From Promethearchaeota archaeon (GTDB taxonomy: Archaea; Asgardarchaeota; Heimdallarchaeia; Hodarchaeales; Hodarchaeaceae): DNA of 64,000 nucleotides. Positions 19,575 through 28,961 of this stretch are shown piece after piece; position 1 is the stretch's first letter; every line of letters starts with the position of its first letter. The notes below the pieces were generated by a model. It searched no databases. It was not told where the DNA came from and worked only from the letters and a program-made list of their open reading frames with translations. Made by a program: the position numbers and the translations under genes. The stretch lies in contig JBHLMN010000003.1 in the NCBI GenBank assembly GCA_048938105.1, positions 96,001-160,000 of the forward strand, read 5' to 3'.

Positions 19575-20936
19575 TTGGACTATCTTTCACATAAGAAAGA
19601 AATTACACCTCAAGGGCAAATTCTTCTAGTTTTGTCATTCATTGGCGGCATTATTGGTATGAATTTTGGCCTATCTTTTCTATGGATCCCCTCGTTTGCA
19701 TTAATTTTGTATTTTCTTCCTTGCATTCGATTTCACTTCACAAGTTGTAATTTCTCAGTTTTTCGGGTTTTTTCGTCATCAACTGTCACCTTAGGTGGAT
19801 TTCTACATTGTCGATTGCGGATAAAGAATTTACAAGATAGTCCTCTTATTTTAACATTCGAGAATCGTTACTCAAATGGAATCATTCTTGTAAAAGGTTG
19901 GACTCATCAAAGTGTTCACTTAGCTCCAGGAGAAAGTCGTAAATTTTCATTTATTTTCACTTTCTCAACACGAGGCTTCCATGAGTTTTTTCCTCTCTTG
20001 ATTTATCGAGGGGATCCGTTAGGCTTATATCGAGATTCTTATGAGGTGGAGGAATCCGTCCAAATACGTGTTATTCCAGCTCGTCCATACATACGTTTAG
20101 ATAAACAACAGAAGAAAAGAGTTAGAGATATTCTCACAGGTCACCATGCCTATCGAAGGCGAGGACAAGGTGATGAGTTCTTTTCTTTACGAGAATACAT
20201 TCGTGGAGATGAACCTCGGAAGATCTACTGGAAAGGCAGCGCAAAACAAGGAAAATTAATTTCAAAAGAATTTACTGATGAGCTAGTTTTCAGGGTATTG
20301 GTTGCAATTGACATTAGTTGGACGATGCGATCCAGAAAACTTGAATTTGCCCTGACTACATTGTTGGAATTGGCAGAAATGGCAGCAATTACTCACGATG
20401 CTTTTGGATTTATCCTTTTTGATGAAAAGCCAAGGAGGTTCTTGAAACCTCTTAAAAGTCCACGATTATATGAAAAAACAGCAAGACTCACATTTGATCA
20501 GTCAGTTTCCAACAGTCGGACTCTTTTTGAAGCTATCATTCCATTCATCTTCTCCTTGAAAGGAACTCGTGGATTATTGGTTATAATAAGTGATACAGAA
20601 GGAATTTTAAATGAGAAGATAAAAGCTATCACTAAACTGGCCAAATTCGGCCATAAAATTATTTTTGTTGATTTACGTGGAGATAAATTTGGAGTTATTC
20701 ATTCAAATCTCTCTATTGAACATCTAAATACCAAACAGAAACTTAAATATTTGAATATTGCACGAGAGAGAGTCACAAGAAAATATTCAAAACGAGAACA
20801 GAAAATTCGAGAAACTCTTGATCAACTAGGTGGTACATATCTCAAAGTCGATTCTCCTGATCAAAATCTCCTTATAATGCTTAAACAAGAATTTGGCCAA
20901 GACGAAACTTTTCCTCAATGGATGGTAAATCTATAA
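19575..20936 (+). CDS. DUF58 (vWA-like) protein
   Basis: GDEFFSLREYIRGDEPRKIYWKGSAK signature; degenerate MIDAS DISWT. Confidence 0.9.
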   Translation: MDYLSHKKEITPQGQILLVLSFIGGIIGMNFGLSFLWIPSFALILYFLPCIRFHFTSCNFSVFRVFSSSTVTLGGFLHCRLRIKNLQDSPLILTFENRYSNGIILVKGWTHQSVHLAPGESRKFSFIFTFSTRGFHEFFPLLIYRGDPLGLYRDSYEVEESVQIRVIPARPYIRLDKQQKKRVRDILTGHHAYRRRGQGDEFFSLREYIRGDEPRKIYWKGSAKQGKLISKEFTDELVFRVLVAIDISWTMRSRKLEFALTTLLELAEMAAITHDAFGFILFDEKPRRFLKPLKSPRLYEKTARLTFDQSVSNSRTLFEAIIPFIFSLKGTRGLLVIISDTEGILNEKIKAITKLAKFGHKIIFVDLRGDKFGVIHSNLSIEHLNTKQKLKYLNIARERVTRKYSKREQKIRETLDQLGGTYLKVDSPDQNLLIMLKQEFGQDETFPQWMVNL

Positions 20937-21664
20937 TGAATTCACACAAAAACTCCACTTTAAGTCCTGAATTAATAGGGATTTGGATCTCTAGGGGATA
21001 TTCGAGATATACACAAGCCTTATTACGCATTCTTTGGGCTTCTACTGGGTCTATTTTATTGATCATTTTTATAGAGATAATTAATCATCTAGGATTGGTT
21101 CCTGTTGCTGCATTTTTAATTTCTGGCGGAATAATTCTCAGTCTTGAATATTATACATCAAAAATCCCCCACATCACAATTCCCTTCAGTCAAGGAGTAA
21201 TTATTGTATTAGCTGGTTATATTCAGTATTATACCCTTTTATCTCAACAAACAGGTTTCCTAGATAGTCCAAATATCCCCCTCCTTCCAGATTTACTTAG
21301 TATGATTTTAGGTATTGCCATTTTAATTAGGACTGTAACAGGAATCGAATTAATCCGACGTAATAAGGAAAACAAGAATGCACGGGTTCCTCTATCTGGA
21401 TATTCAAGGGAAGCTCTTATCACATTTGAGACAAACCTTCATCTTGCTTCAAGCCAGATTCAGAAGGAATTTTCAGATAAACAACCTATATTTGCTATTA
21501 AGCAATTATTAACCTATATTTTTTTCAGTATCGGTCTTCTATTAATCCTATTGACACCACTATGGCTGAATTTATTATTGGATGTTGTAATATATCCGTA
21601 TATTCTTCTAATCCCAGGAATTCTCGGTTCATTACTTATGGTGTTTTATTTCCCTCTAAAGTAA
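20918..21664 (+). CDS. Membrane protein, last gene of the MoxR operon
   Basis: About 6 TM; overlaps the DUF58 stop. Confidence 0.7.
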   Translation: MDGKSIMNSHKNSTLSPELIGIWISRGYSRYTQALLRILWASTGSILLIIFIEIINHLGLVPVAAFLISGGIILSLEYYTSKIPHITIPFSQGVIIVLAGYIQYYTLLSQQTGFLDSPNIPLLPDLLSMILGIAILIRTVTGIELIRRNKENKNARVPLSGYSREALITFETNLHLASSQIQKEFSDKQPIFAIKQLLTYIFFSIGLLLILLTPLWLNLLLDVVIYPYILLIPGILGSLLMVFYFPLK

Positions 21665-21877
21665 AGTTCTTGATTTCAAAAGAAGAAAAAGATTAAACTG
21701 GATTAAAAAAATAACCACTGTAAATACGGTTGTATAGACAGATCACCTTCGATGAATATTTCTTCAGGTACAGGAAGACAATACCGAATAGTGAGTTCAT
21801 CTGATTCAAGAGATAATTTCGCCATGAAGAATCATAGGTTTTCCTTGGATTTACAACGCAAATTTCTCAAATACAAC

Positions 21878-22270
21878 CTATTCTTGTTGCATCTTTTGAA
21901 GTTCTGAAAGGAGAATCTGATTTGTTTCTTCTAGATTGGACAATTTCTTAAAAACCTCGTTCCAAATTGGAGAAATTTCTTTAACGAGTCCGATCTCTGC
22001 TTTGTAGGTCCCCTTCTTATAATCCAACCAACCAAGAATTGCTGCCAATGGAAAATAGATACTTCCAAAGATCATAAAAAAAATTGAATATGATTTTAAA
22101 ATCTCAGGGATAAAAAAGAGATTTTTGAAGAGTAAGTTATAAAAAATCAAAGTAAAATTCAACAGGGAAAAAGCTAGGGCAAACCAGGCATTATGACCTC
22201 GTAAAAAGTATTGTTTCAAACGGGCACCAGAATCGATCCCCTTTCGGGCTAATGGTTTAATTTTTATCAT
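21878..22270 (-). CDS. Small 2-TM protein with a C-terminal coiled coil
   Basis: 130 aa; GAGGT SD; YFLRGHNAWF..LLNFTL..GWLDYKKG. Confidence 0.7.
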   Translation of the reverse strand: MIKIKPLARKGIDSGARLKQYFLRGHNAWFALAFSLLNFTLIFYNLLFKNLFFIPEILKSYSIFFMIFGSIYFPLAAILGWLDYKKGTYKAEIGLVKEISPIWNEVFKKLSNLEETNQILLSELQKMQQE

Positions 22271-22694
22271 AGTATTATACCTCTATAAGTTCAACAGAAA
22301 ATTTCTAGATTAATGTTAAAAACGAATCCGAATATATCAACCGATTTGGTTTTTAATCAATTAAGATATAATTAAGTATTTTATAAAACAAAATGTACTA
22401 ATCCTTATAAAATCAGATCTTTAATACTATAACGGCATTGATTCCGAGTCAAAGATAGAAGGGTTTTTATATTAGAAAGTTCTTGATCTACTCGGAGAAA
22501 AAAGTGGAGAATTCAATCAGAAAACTGAGAATGATATTAGACCTGACTTTCACTTATGGCTCAGGTTTAATTTTCTTGTTGGGTATTATTTTCCTCCTCG
22601 TATTATTTTCTTAGAAAAATACCATAAAAATCGCACTTTCTCTGCAACACATCCCCTTTTTCTAGTAAAATACTCATAACCAATAAATTAATTC

Positions 22695-24791
22695 TCAATT
22701 AATAGTTTTCAATTTTATTTCAACCCCAAATTCCAAACTCTTACCTGAAACTTTGATTTTGGGAAATATTGATGTACCTTGGTAGACCTTTTCGAATCTA
22801 GTCTCGCTTTGTGGCATTGAAAACAAGGGAAACAGTATACAATCAACTGCTTTAGAAAAAACGAGTTCAATTGACACGCATTCTGATTCATTTTGATCTT
22901 TAATTTCAATTCTTCGGCATTTGATCTGATTTACCAACTTAGCCAGATCAAATGGTTCAGCATCTAGAGTACCAGTTGTTTTATAGGGGTAAGAGACTCC
23001 AATTATATTAATTTCAGGGGAGAAAAAGAGGGTTTTTGTTGGAATAGCATCTGAAAAAATGATATTATACTCAATAAAAATCGTGTTAGACTGCAAACAA
23101 TATTTTTTTGAAATTTTTGTCTGTATAGCTATTTCTCCAAGCGAAATCTCCCCCTCACGTATAAGAGTCAGATTGTGGCTAACCTCTCGAGTGATTTTGT
23201 ACATATTATTGGCAAAATCTCCTAAATCCCTATAAGTGTCATTTTGTAAAGAAGTACTGGAAACACTCGGAGAAAGAAAATGATCTTGAAATGACCATTT
23301 CTCAAAGCGATCATGTACGCTTCGCACTTTATCAATGTGGTATGGTTCATTCCGCCTAGTGAGAACATTAAGAAAATTATAACCCTTTTCTTTTATGTTT
23401 AATGAAAAAATACAACCACCAAATAAAGACGAGATGTAACATGAGACATATTTATTTTCTAAAATTCCGTCAGGTTGTCCATCTAGTAACACATCTTGAA
23501 TTCTTGTCGTAAAGTCTTCAAGTCCCTCTCTATCACGAAGGTTATCTAAAAGATACTCAGCTTGGATAATATGCTTGTGAATTGAATGACGAAGAAAAAG
23601 ATAATACACTCCACCAAATAATCCATGCCAATATGCATCGTTTGATTGAGAAGCCAAGACATTTTCCCAGATTTTCTTGAACTGATTTGGTGATAAATCA
23701 GGTAATGCTTTCTCCGTTTCTACTATTTTATTACGACAAACAAGCATTCTTTTATGCATGATATTTGCTTGAGAATATTTTATCAAGAAATTTTGCCAAA
23801 TAGATCCAGTAGTAAAGGTTTGAATTTCCTTAGCTAATTCAGGCTTGATTTCCTTTCGATCTATTTTTTGATGTAAATTCTCCAATCGTTTCCGTAGGGG
23901 TGATGGTAATGACCAAATTGCCATTTTATCATAACTACTTGTTGGTAAATAGATAAGACCTCTCGGATGGTGTTTTCTTAAGTAATTACTAATTAGAACT
24001 GGCTTTATCCATTGTTTAGCTAGTATTGCCTCAAAGAATTTTCTCATCCAAGGAGTACCATCGTAACCATTTACATAACAAATATCATGAGTTGTTAGAT
24101 CACCAGCAGACCAAAGACCCATTTTTTCCATGTCAGACATCATAACTATTATCGTTTCATGATATTTATCACAACCTTTCCTTATATACCGAATTGTTTC
24201 CTCAGGGGCTTTCCAAGGGATCAAATAGCGAATTTGCTGGTTAATAGGAAAGATAGTTATCAATTCTCCTTGATCTTCGGTTACATATGCGTAATATGTC
24301 TGTTTTTCGGAAAAACCCGTCTTACAAAAAAGATAATCATCAATGAATGTGAAATCTACCCCCATTTTAGCACAAATAGAAACCAAACTTGGGGTCCATA
24401 CTCTTTCTGCTAACCAGATTCCTTTAGGGATAATATTATAATTTTCATACCACCAATCATTCATTAATAGGATTTGTCTTTCCTTATCTTTGTTTGGTAG
24501 AATAGCTAGGATTGGTTCAAAGAATCCCCCTCCGATAATTTCGATCTGCTGACGACGATAAAGAGTAACTATTTGCTCTAAATAATCAGGATGGTTTTCT
24601 TGAAGCCATATGAGAAGAGGACCAGAAATATGCAAGTTTGATTTAATTTTTGGATATTCATTAATCATTTGCAGCAATGGAAAATATGCTTTTTGATATG
24701 CCTCTTCAATTACCCATGGAAAGTTCCCAACAGGTTGATGTGCATGCCAAACTATGGGGAAAAAAACAGTGCCGTCTTTCCAGACTGACAA
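22695..24791 (-). CDS. GH57 4-alpha-glucanotransferase/alpha-amylase
   Basis: HAHQPVGNF, GGGFFEPIL, GIWLAERVW, DMEKMG, SQSNDAYWHGLFGG. Confidence 0.93.
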   Translation of the reverse strand: MSVWKDGTVFFPIVWHAHQPVGNFPWVIEEAYQKAYFPLLQMINEYPKIKSNLHISGPLLIWLQENHPDYLEQIVTLYRRQQIEIIGGGFFEPILAILPNKDKERQILLMNDWWYENYNIIPKGIWLAERVWTPSLVSICAKMGVDFTFIDDYLFCKTGFSEKQTYYAYVTEDQGELITIFPINQQIRYLIPWKAPEETIRYIRKGCDKYHETIIVMMSDMEKMGLWSAGDLTTHDICYVNGYDGTPWMRKFFEAILAKQWIKPVLISNYLRKHHPRGLIYLPTSSYDKMAIWSLPSPLRKRLENLHQKIDRKEIKPELAKEIQTFTTGSIWQNFLIKYSQANIMHKRMLVCRNKIVETEKALPDLSPNQFKKIWENVLASQSNDAYWHGLFGGVYYLFLRHSIHKHIIQAEYLLDNLRDREGLEDFTTRIQDVLLDGQPDGILENKYVSCYISSLFGGCIFSLNIKEKGYNFLNVLTRRNEPYHIDKVRSVHDRFEKWSFQDHFLSPSVSSTSLQNDTYRDLGDFANNMYKITREVSHNLTLIREGEISLGEIAIQTKISKKYCLQSNTIFIEYNIIFSDAIPTKTLFFSPEINIIGVSYPYKTTGTLDAEPFDLAKLVNQIKCRRIEIKDQNESECVSIELVFSKAVDCILFPLFSMPQSETRFEKVYQGTSIFPKIKVSGKSLEFGVEIKLKTIN

Positions 24792-24818
24792 AATTAGACC
24801 TTCTTAGATCCTGAATCT

Positions 24819-25607
24819 TTAGAGAATTAAATTTCGTAATTGTTGAACCATTCCCTCTACTATACCAATTGTAGTAGCTGCCGAACATTCTGGATTGGCA
24901 TCAACAAGTAATAACAGACCCTCACCAAGAATATAAACAAATATGTTTGAGACACCTGAAACAGCCAAAAAAAATGTTGGTTTTTCGAGGTGTGCTGCAA
25001 ATGCTCCTCGAATAGCTCGCACTGCAGCTGGTAATATTTCTGCATCCATTTGATTTACAATGACTGCGCCAGTGAAAGATGACACACAAGCACCTCGGAC
25101 TGCATCGTCACTGAGAACCCAAGCTTCAAGATGTTCTTCAACCTCCCGTTTCATGGATTCTGACATATAACGACTTTCACCTGCCATAACGGTTTGAATA
25201 GCTTCATTAAATTCCTCCTTTTCCACACCTGATATACGAATCGTTCTTTTACTGAGTTTATCGGCAAAATTTCCAAGAAAGAGTGTCATTAACGTTCTCA
25301 ATTTAAATTCAATATCAAGTAATGAGGCAGAAGCGGAAGTAATTAGGGAAAACATTCCTTCTGGTCTATTAATCCCAGCAATACGCATTGATGCAAAATC
25401 GACGTGAAATAATTGGCCCTCCTCTATCGATTCTTCCTCTAATCCTTGTGAGATGGCAAAAGCTGAATCCAGAAGTACATGGATTTTTGCAGGAGTAAAA
25501 GCTTTTACAGTTTGTGAACCACGCAAATCTTTGCTGATAAGCAGTTTTCCTGAGGAATGAAAAACAAAGAATGCTAAAAAAGTCTCCAGCTCATCGAACG
25601 AGACCAA
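24819..25607 (-). CDS. Longin-like + Roadblock/LC7 fusion protein
   Basis: N-terminal FFVFHSSGKLLISK...FLGNF longin pattern; C-terminal AVRGACVSSFTGAVIV...GLLLLV roadblock pattern; 4 nt after a GTPase gene. Confidence 0.7.
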   Translation of the reverse strand: MVSFDELETFLAFFVFHSSGKLLISKDLRGSQTVKAFTPAKIHVLLDSAFAISQGLEEESIEEGQLFHVDFASMRIAGINRPEGMFSLITSASASLLDIEFKLRTLMTLFLGNFADKLSKRTIRISGVEKEEFNEAIQTVMAGESRYMSESMKREVEEHLEAWVLSDDAVRGACVSSFTGAVIVNQMDAEILPAAVRAIRGAFAAHLEKPTFFLAVSGVSNIFVYILGEGLLLLVDANPECSAATTIGIVEGMVQQLRNLIL

Positions 25608-25611
25608 TTTC

Positions 25612-26136
25612 TTACTCTCCTAGAATTAGCTGGCCCATCTGGACAAAAGCTTCTTGAACACGAGATCCTGTTTTCGCTGAAGTTGAAAAAAATTCTTGAG
25701 CATGGAAACGCTCTAGAATCTCTTCTTTACTAGCAGGCAATTTTCCTTCTGCAATATCTTCTTTATTACCAAGAACCATCACTTTGGCATTTGGACTTTG
25801 TTCGTTAATGTCTGCTCGCCATCGATCTAATTTTTCATATGTGGGGTTTGGTCTCGTTAAATCGAATACTAAGAATACTCCATGTGCCTTCTTCAAATAC
25901 AGATGACGAAAATTAGTGAAACCTGATTGACCTGCAACGTCCCAAATCTGAAAAGTAAGCTCTCGCTCGTTGATGTTCACTGTTTTTGAGAGAAAATCTA
26001 CTCCTAAAGTGATCTGATAACCTTCTTTGAAGAAATCATCAACATATCGTTTAATTAAGGAAGTTTTACCTACCTCTGGTTCTCCGACCAATAATAATTT
26101 GAAGGCGAACTTGCCTCCTTTAGCTTTCTTAGACAA
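25612..26136 (-). CDS. Rab-like small GTPase
   Basis: GEPEVGKT, YQITLGVDF, IWDVAGQ, GNKED, STSAKTG. Confidence 0.93.
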   Translation of the reverse strand: MSKKAKGGKFAFKLLLVGEPEVGKTSLIKRYVDDFFKEGYQITLGVDFLSKTVNINERELTFQIWDVAGQSGFTNFRHLYLKKAHGVFLVFDLTRPNPTYEKLDRWRADINEQSPNAKVMVLGNKEDIAEGKLPASKEEILERFHAQEFFSTSAKTGSRVQEAFVQMGQLILGE

Positions 26137-26306
26137 AGTTTAGCAGCTCCAATGGTGGGATAACTTACTCGAGAGAATAGCTAATAATATCTTATAAGTA
26201 TTCCTTATATGAATCATAAATTCCCTTTCTTCTTAACTTTGACCCCTGATATCCTTAAAAAGTAGTTTTAAGATTTCATATCTTATAGAAAAAAATTACC
26301 ATTGGT

Positions 26307-28955
26307 TTGGATTGTCATTACTATAATTTCATGTGGAAGAAGAACGGAAGAATAAGGATGCCTGAATGGGAAATTAGTTTCAACTTACGTGCTGGTGACC
26401 GATTAGAACATTTTCAGTTCCTAGTCAATCCTGTTAAAGAAATGACCAAAGATTTTCCTAGTTTTCCCAAGGATAAATTTCTACGAGCATTAAGAACTCA
26501 TAGTGAAGAAAACAGATATACGCTCCATTCTGGAGGAATTTCGGATCTGAAATTCAAACACACGTCTGATTATAATGAAAATCAAGAGATACATGTATTA
26601 ATGCTCGTAATGGAGAAAATTGGGCCTATTTCGTTAATCTTTCGGCAAACATTCGAGTATCTAATCCTTGAAGGGATTGATTCACATTATAACTACATTG
26701 GAGGAGAGGCTCTCCTCAACGTCTTGATTCAGATAATAAAACCTGACTCTCCAGCAGTTAAGGGTCTTGGAAAAATAACTACGATCTATCATGCTTCTAA
26801 TATCACCGAATTAACTAGAAAAGAGGCTTTTGTTTCTTTACTTGATAGCGTAGAAGGTCAAATAATTGTTTTTAGCTTAAGTATTATCTTACCAACTATA
26901 TTAATCATTGTTCTACCTTTAGAAGTTTTAGATAGCATGATAGGCTATGTTATGACCCTAGTAACTATAGCAATTCTATGGTGCATTTACCCCCTTGCGA
27001 AAAGATCAACAAAGTATGCACCACTGTCTTTAATCTCCATTTTAACCAGTTACCTTATCATTGAAATATTCATCCATATTCATTTTATAAAAAGAGGAAT
27101 AAACCCTTGGGGAATTTTCAACAATATTTCGCGCCAAAATTTAATAGGGATTTTGCAAAGCCAAGAATTAATCACGGAGCTTGGCACACAAGTTTTTTTA
27201 GGAATAGAATTACTTCAGATAGTTATTCCATTTATTGATATCATTTTCCTATTATTAATACCGTTCACCGTGGGAGTGGGACTTTCTGGATTTTTTATGA
27301 TATTTGAACGAAAATGGAAGAGCGCTACAGTGTTTCGGGTACTTTTTGGAGCATTATTTCTCATCTCAATCATTACTATTCCTTTGGTATATCATGCACT
27401 TGGAAAAGGATCTGAGGGCACTCTCCACGCAAGTATTGGTCTTATAAAGACAGCAGAGATGTTTTCTCCAGAGTTCTTAGAGAATCTTGATGAAAACTAC
27501 CTTCTTTTAGAAAGGTTAATTGCGCGGGCACAAGGAAATTTGACAAAAGCTGGTAATTCCTTTATACAATTCGGAGAAAATCCTCTAATAGCATATGTTT
27601 TACCTTATTTGATACCTGAAGTGGCAGGAATTCCCCTAGAAGATCTATCAGAAATATTAAAACTTACAACGGTACTAGCGGACACTGTACCCTACTTCTC
27701 TAACATTCTATGGGGTTATTATAATTTACAGACTGGATTTAATCAGACATTCGACATTCTATTACAATCAATTGAAGATTCCCCCCAAAAAGGCCTTGGA
27801 GCTGGTATTTTTCAGGAATATGATATATCAATGCAAGAAGCACTTCAAATAATGCAAAGAGGTGTGGGAAATCTCACTGTTGTTAAGGACCCGATATTAA
27901 ATTTAATCAGGAAGATAAGCAAATTTAACTATTCTGTTTTTGCTGAAATGTCCGATCTTCTTTCAGAATTAGAGATTGGGTTACCAATTATCATTACTGT
28001 CATCTCTGGTGCCGTACCATGGATTAACAGTACCTATAAACTTACTTTAGCTCTTGATGAGCTTTATGAATTTAATTTTGCATCAGATACTCTTTCGGAT
28101 GCAGAAAAAGATTACAATGAATCAAGAACTATGCGGGATGTCGATGTTGAAAGTTTGCCAGAAGGAGCACTAATCCCATTTCGTGATCTAGCTAATTTCA
28201 GCCTTAACTTGCATCAAGTAACAAAATATTTCTTATTTTCAATCAAAAACACCACGACTATGTTTCAAGCTTTAAACAATACACTAGTTCAAGTTCAAAA
28301 AATAAACTTCTCAGATTCAGCAAATATTAAAGATCCCCAGTGGATTAATATTGATAATGGACTTGATAACACTTCCCATTATTTAAGTGCAACACAAACA
28401 AGTTTAGACAATATGAGCTTAATCATCGAATCTCAGAAGCTCTTTCCGTTTGAGGAATTAGTTGTACTCAATAATTTACTCGATACTTTAGAGAATTTTA
28501 CTCAATCCGCCTCTGAGCGAGTCGATATCGTTGATCAATATGTTTCAGCTTTAAATGGGACTCTTCGGGCTGTGAAATTCTTTTCCATGGGTTCCTACAG
28601 CTTAAATCAAACCTTAAGTGAAGCAGTGCAGCCAGAAGATGTTGATTCTGGAAAAGCGATAGCTAATTTTACCTTTTCTCAAATAGAATCAAATATGACA
28701 AATGAACTCTTGAATTCAGTTAGAGAAGGGCAACTCTTGAATGAGAGTGCAGTTAACAATTGGCAACAGTTAGTTAAAGGAAATATCACTGATAACCGTA
28801 CAAATTCTATCTACATGAATGCTCAACGCTGCTTGGATTTGATTTCAGCTATAGAAGGTGTTCAAATTACGTTACAAGATGCCCAAGATGACCTTCAAAA
28901 GATTCTTGATAGAATGGAACAACTAGACGATAGATGGGATGTTTTTACCCAATGA
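26307..28955 (+). CDS. Multi-TM membrane protein with a large helical, N-glycosylation-rich ectodomain (start may be ATG 26358)
   Basis: About 5 TM at residues ~185-365, then ~500 aa of heptad-rich sequence with about 20 N-x-S/T sequons. Confidence 0.75.
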   Translation: MDCHYYNFMWKKNGRIRMPEWEISFNLRAGDRLEHFQFLVNPVKEMTKDFPSFPKDKFLRALRTHSEENRYTLHSGGISDLKFKHTSDYNENQEIHVLMLVMEKIGPISLIFRQTFEYLILEGIDSHYNYIGGEALLNVLIQIIKPDSPAVKGLGKITTIYHASNITELTRKEAFVSLLDSVEGQIIVFSLSIILPTILIIVLPLEVLDSMIGYVMTLVTIAILWCIYPLAKRSTKYAPLSLISILTSYLIIEIFIHIHFIKRGINPWGIFNNISRQNLIGILQSQELITELGTQVFLGIELLQIVIPFIDIIFLLLIPFTVGVGLSGFFMIFERKWKSATVFRVLFGALFLISIITIPLVYHALGKGSEGTLHASIGLIKTAEMFSPEFLENLDENYLLLERLIARAQGNLTKAGNSFIQFGENPLIAYVLPYLIPEVAGIPLEDLSEILKLTTVLADTVPYFSNILWGYYNLQTGFNQTFDILLQSIEDSPQKGLGAGIFQEYDISMQEALQIMQRGVGNLTVVKDPILNLIRKISKFNYSVFAEMSDLLSELEIGLPIIITVISGAVPWINSTYKLTLALDELYEFNFASDTLSDAEKDYNESRTMRDVDVESLPEGALIPFRDLANFSLNLHQVTKYFLFSIKNTTTMFQALNNTLVQVQKINFSDSANIKDPQWINIDNGLDNTSHYLSATQTSLDNMSLIIESQKLFPFEELVVLNNLLDTLENFTQSASERVDIVDQYVSALNGTLRAVKFFSMGSYSLNQTLSEAVQPEDVDSGKAIANFTFSQIESNMTNELLNSVREGQLLNESAVNNWQQLVKGNITDNRTNSIYMNAQRCLDLISAIEGVQITLQDAQDDLQKILDRMEQLDDRWDVFTQ

Positions 28956-28961
28956 GCTCTA

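Noticed and set aside
21703-21870. Minus-strand frame with an in-frame TGA before a 40-aa ORF (possible selenoprotein or small ORF)
   Set aside because: No recognisable selenoprotein context or SECIS; no supporting motif
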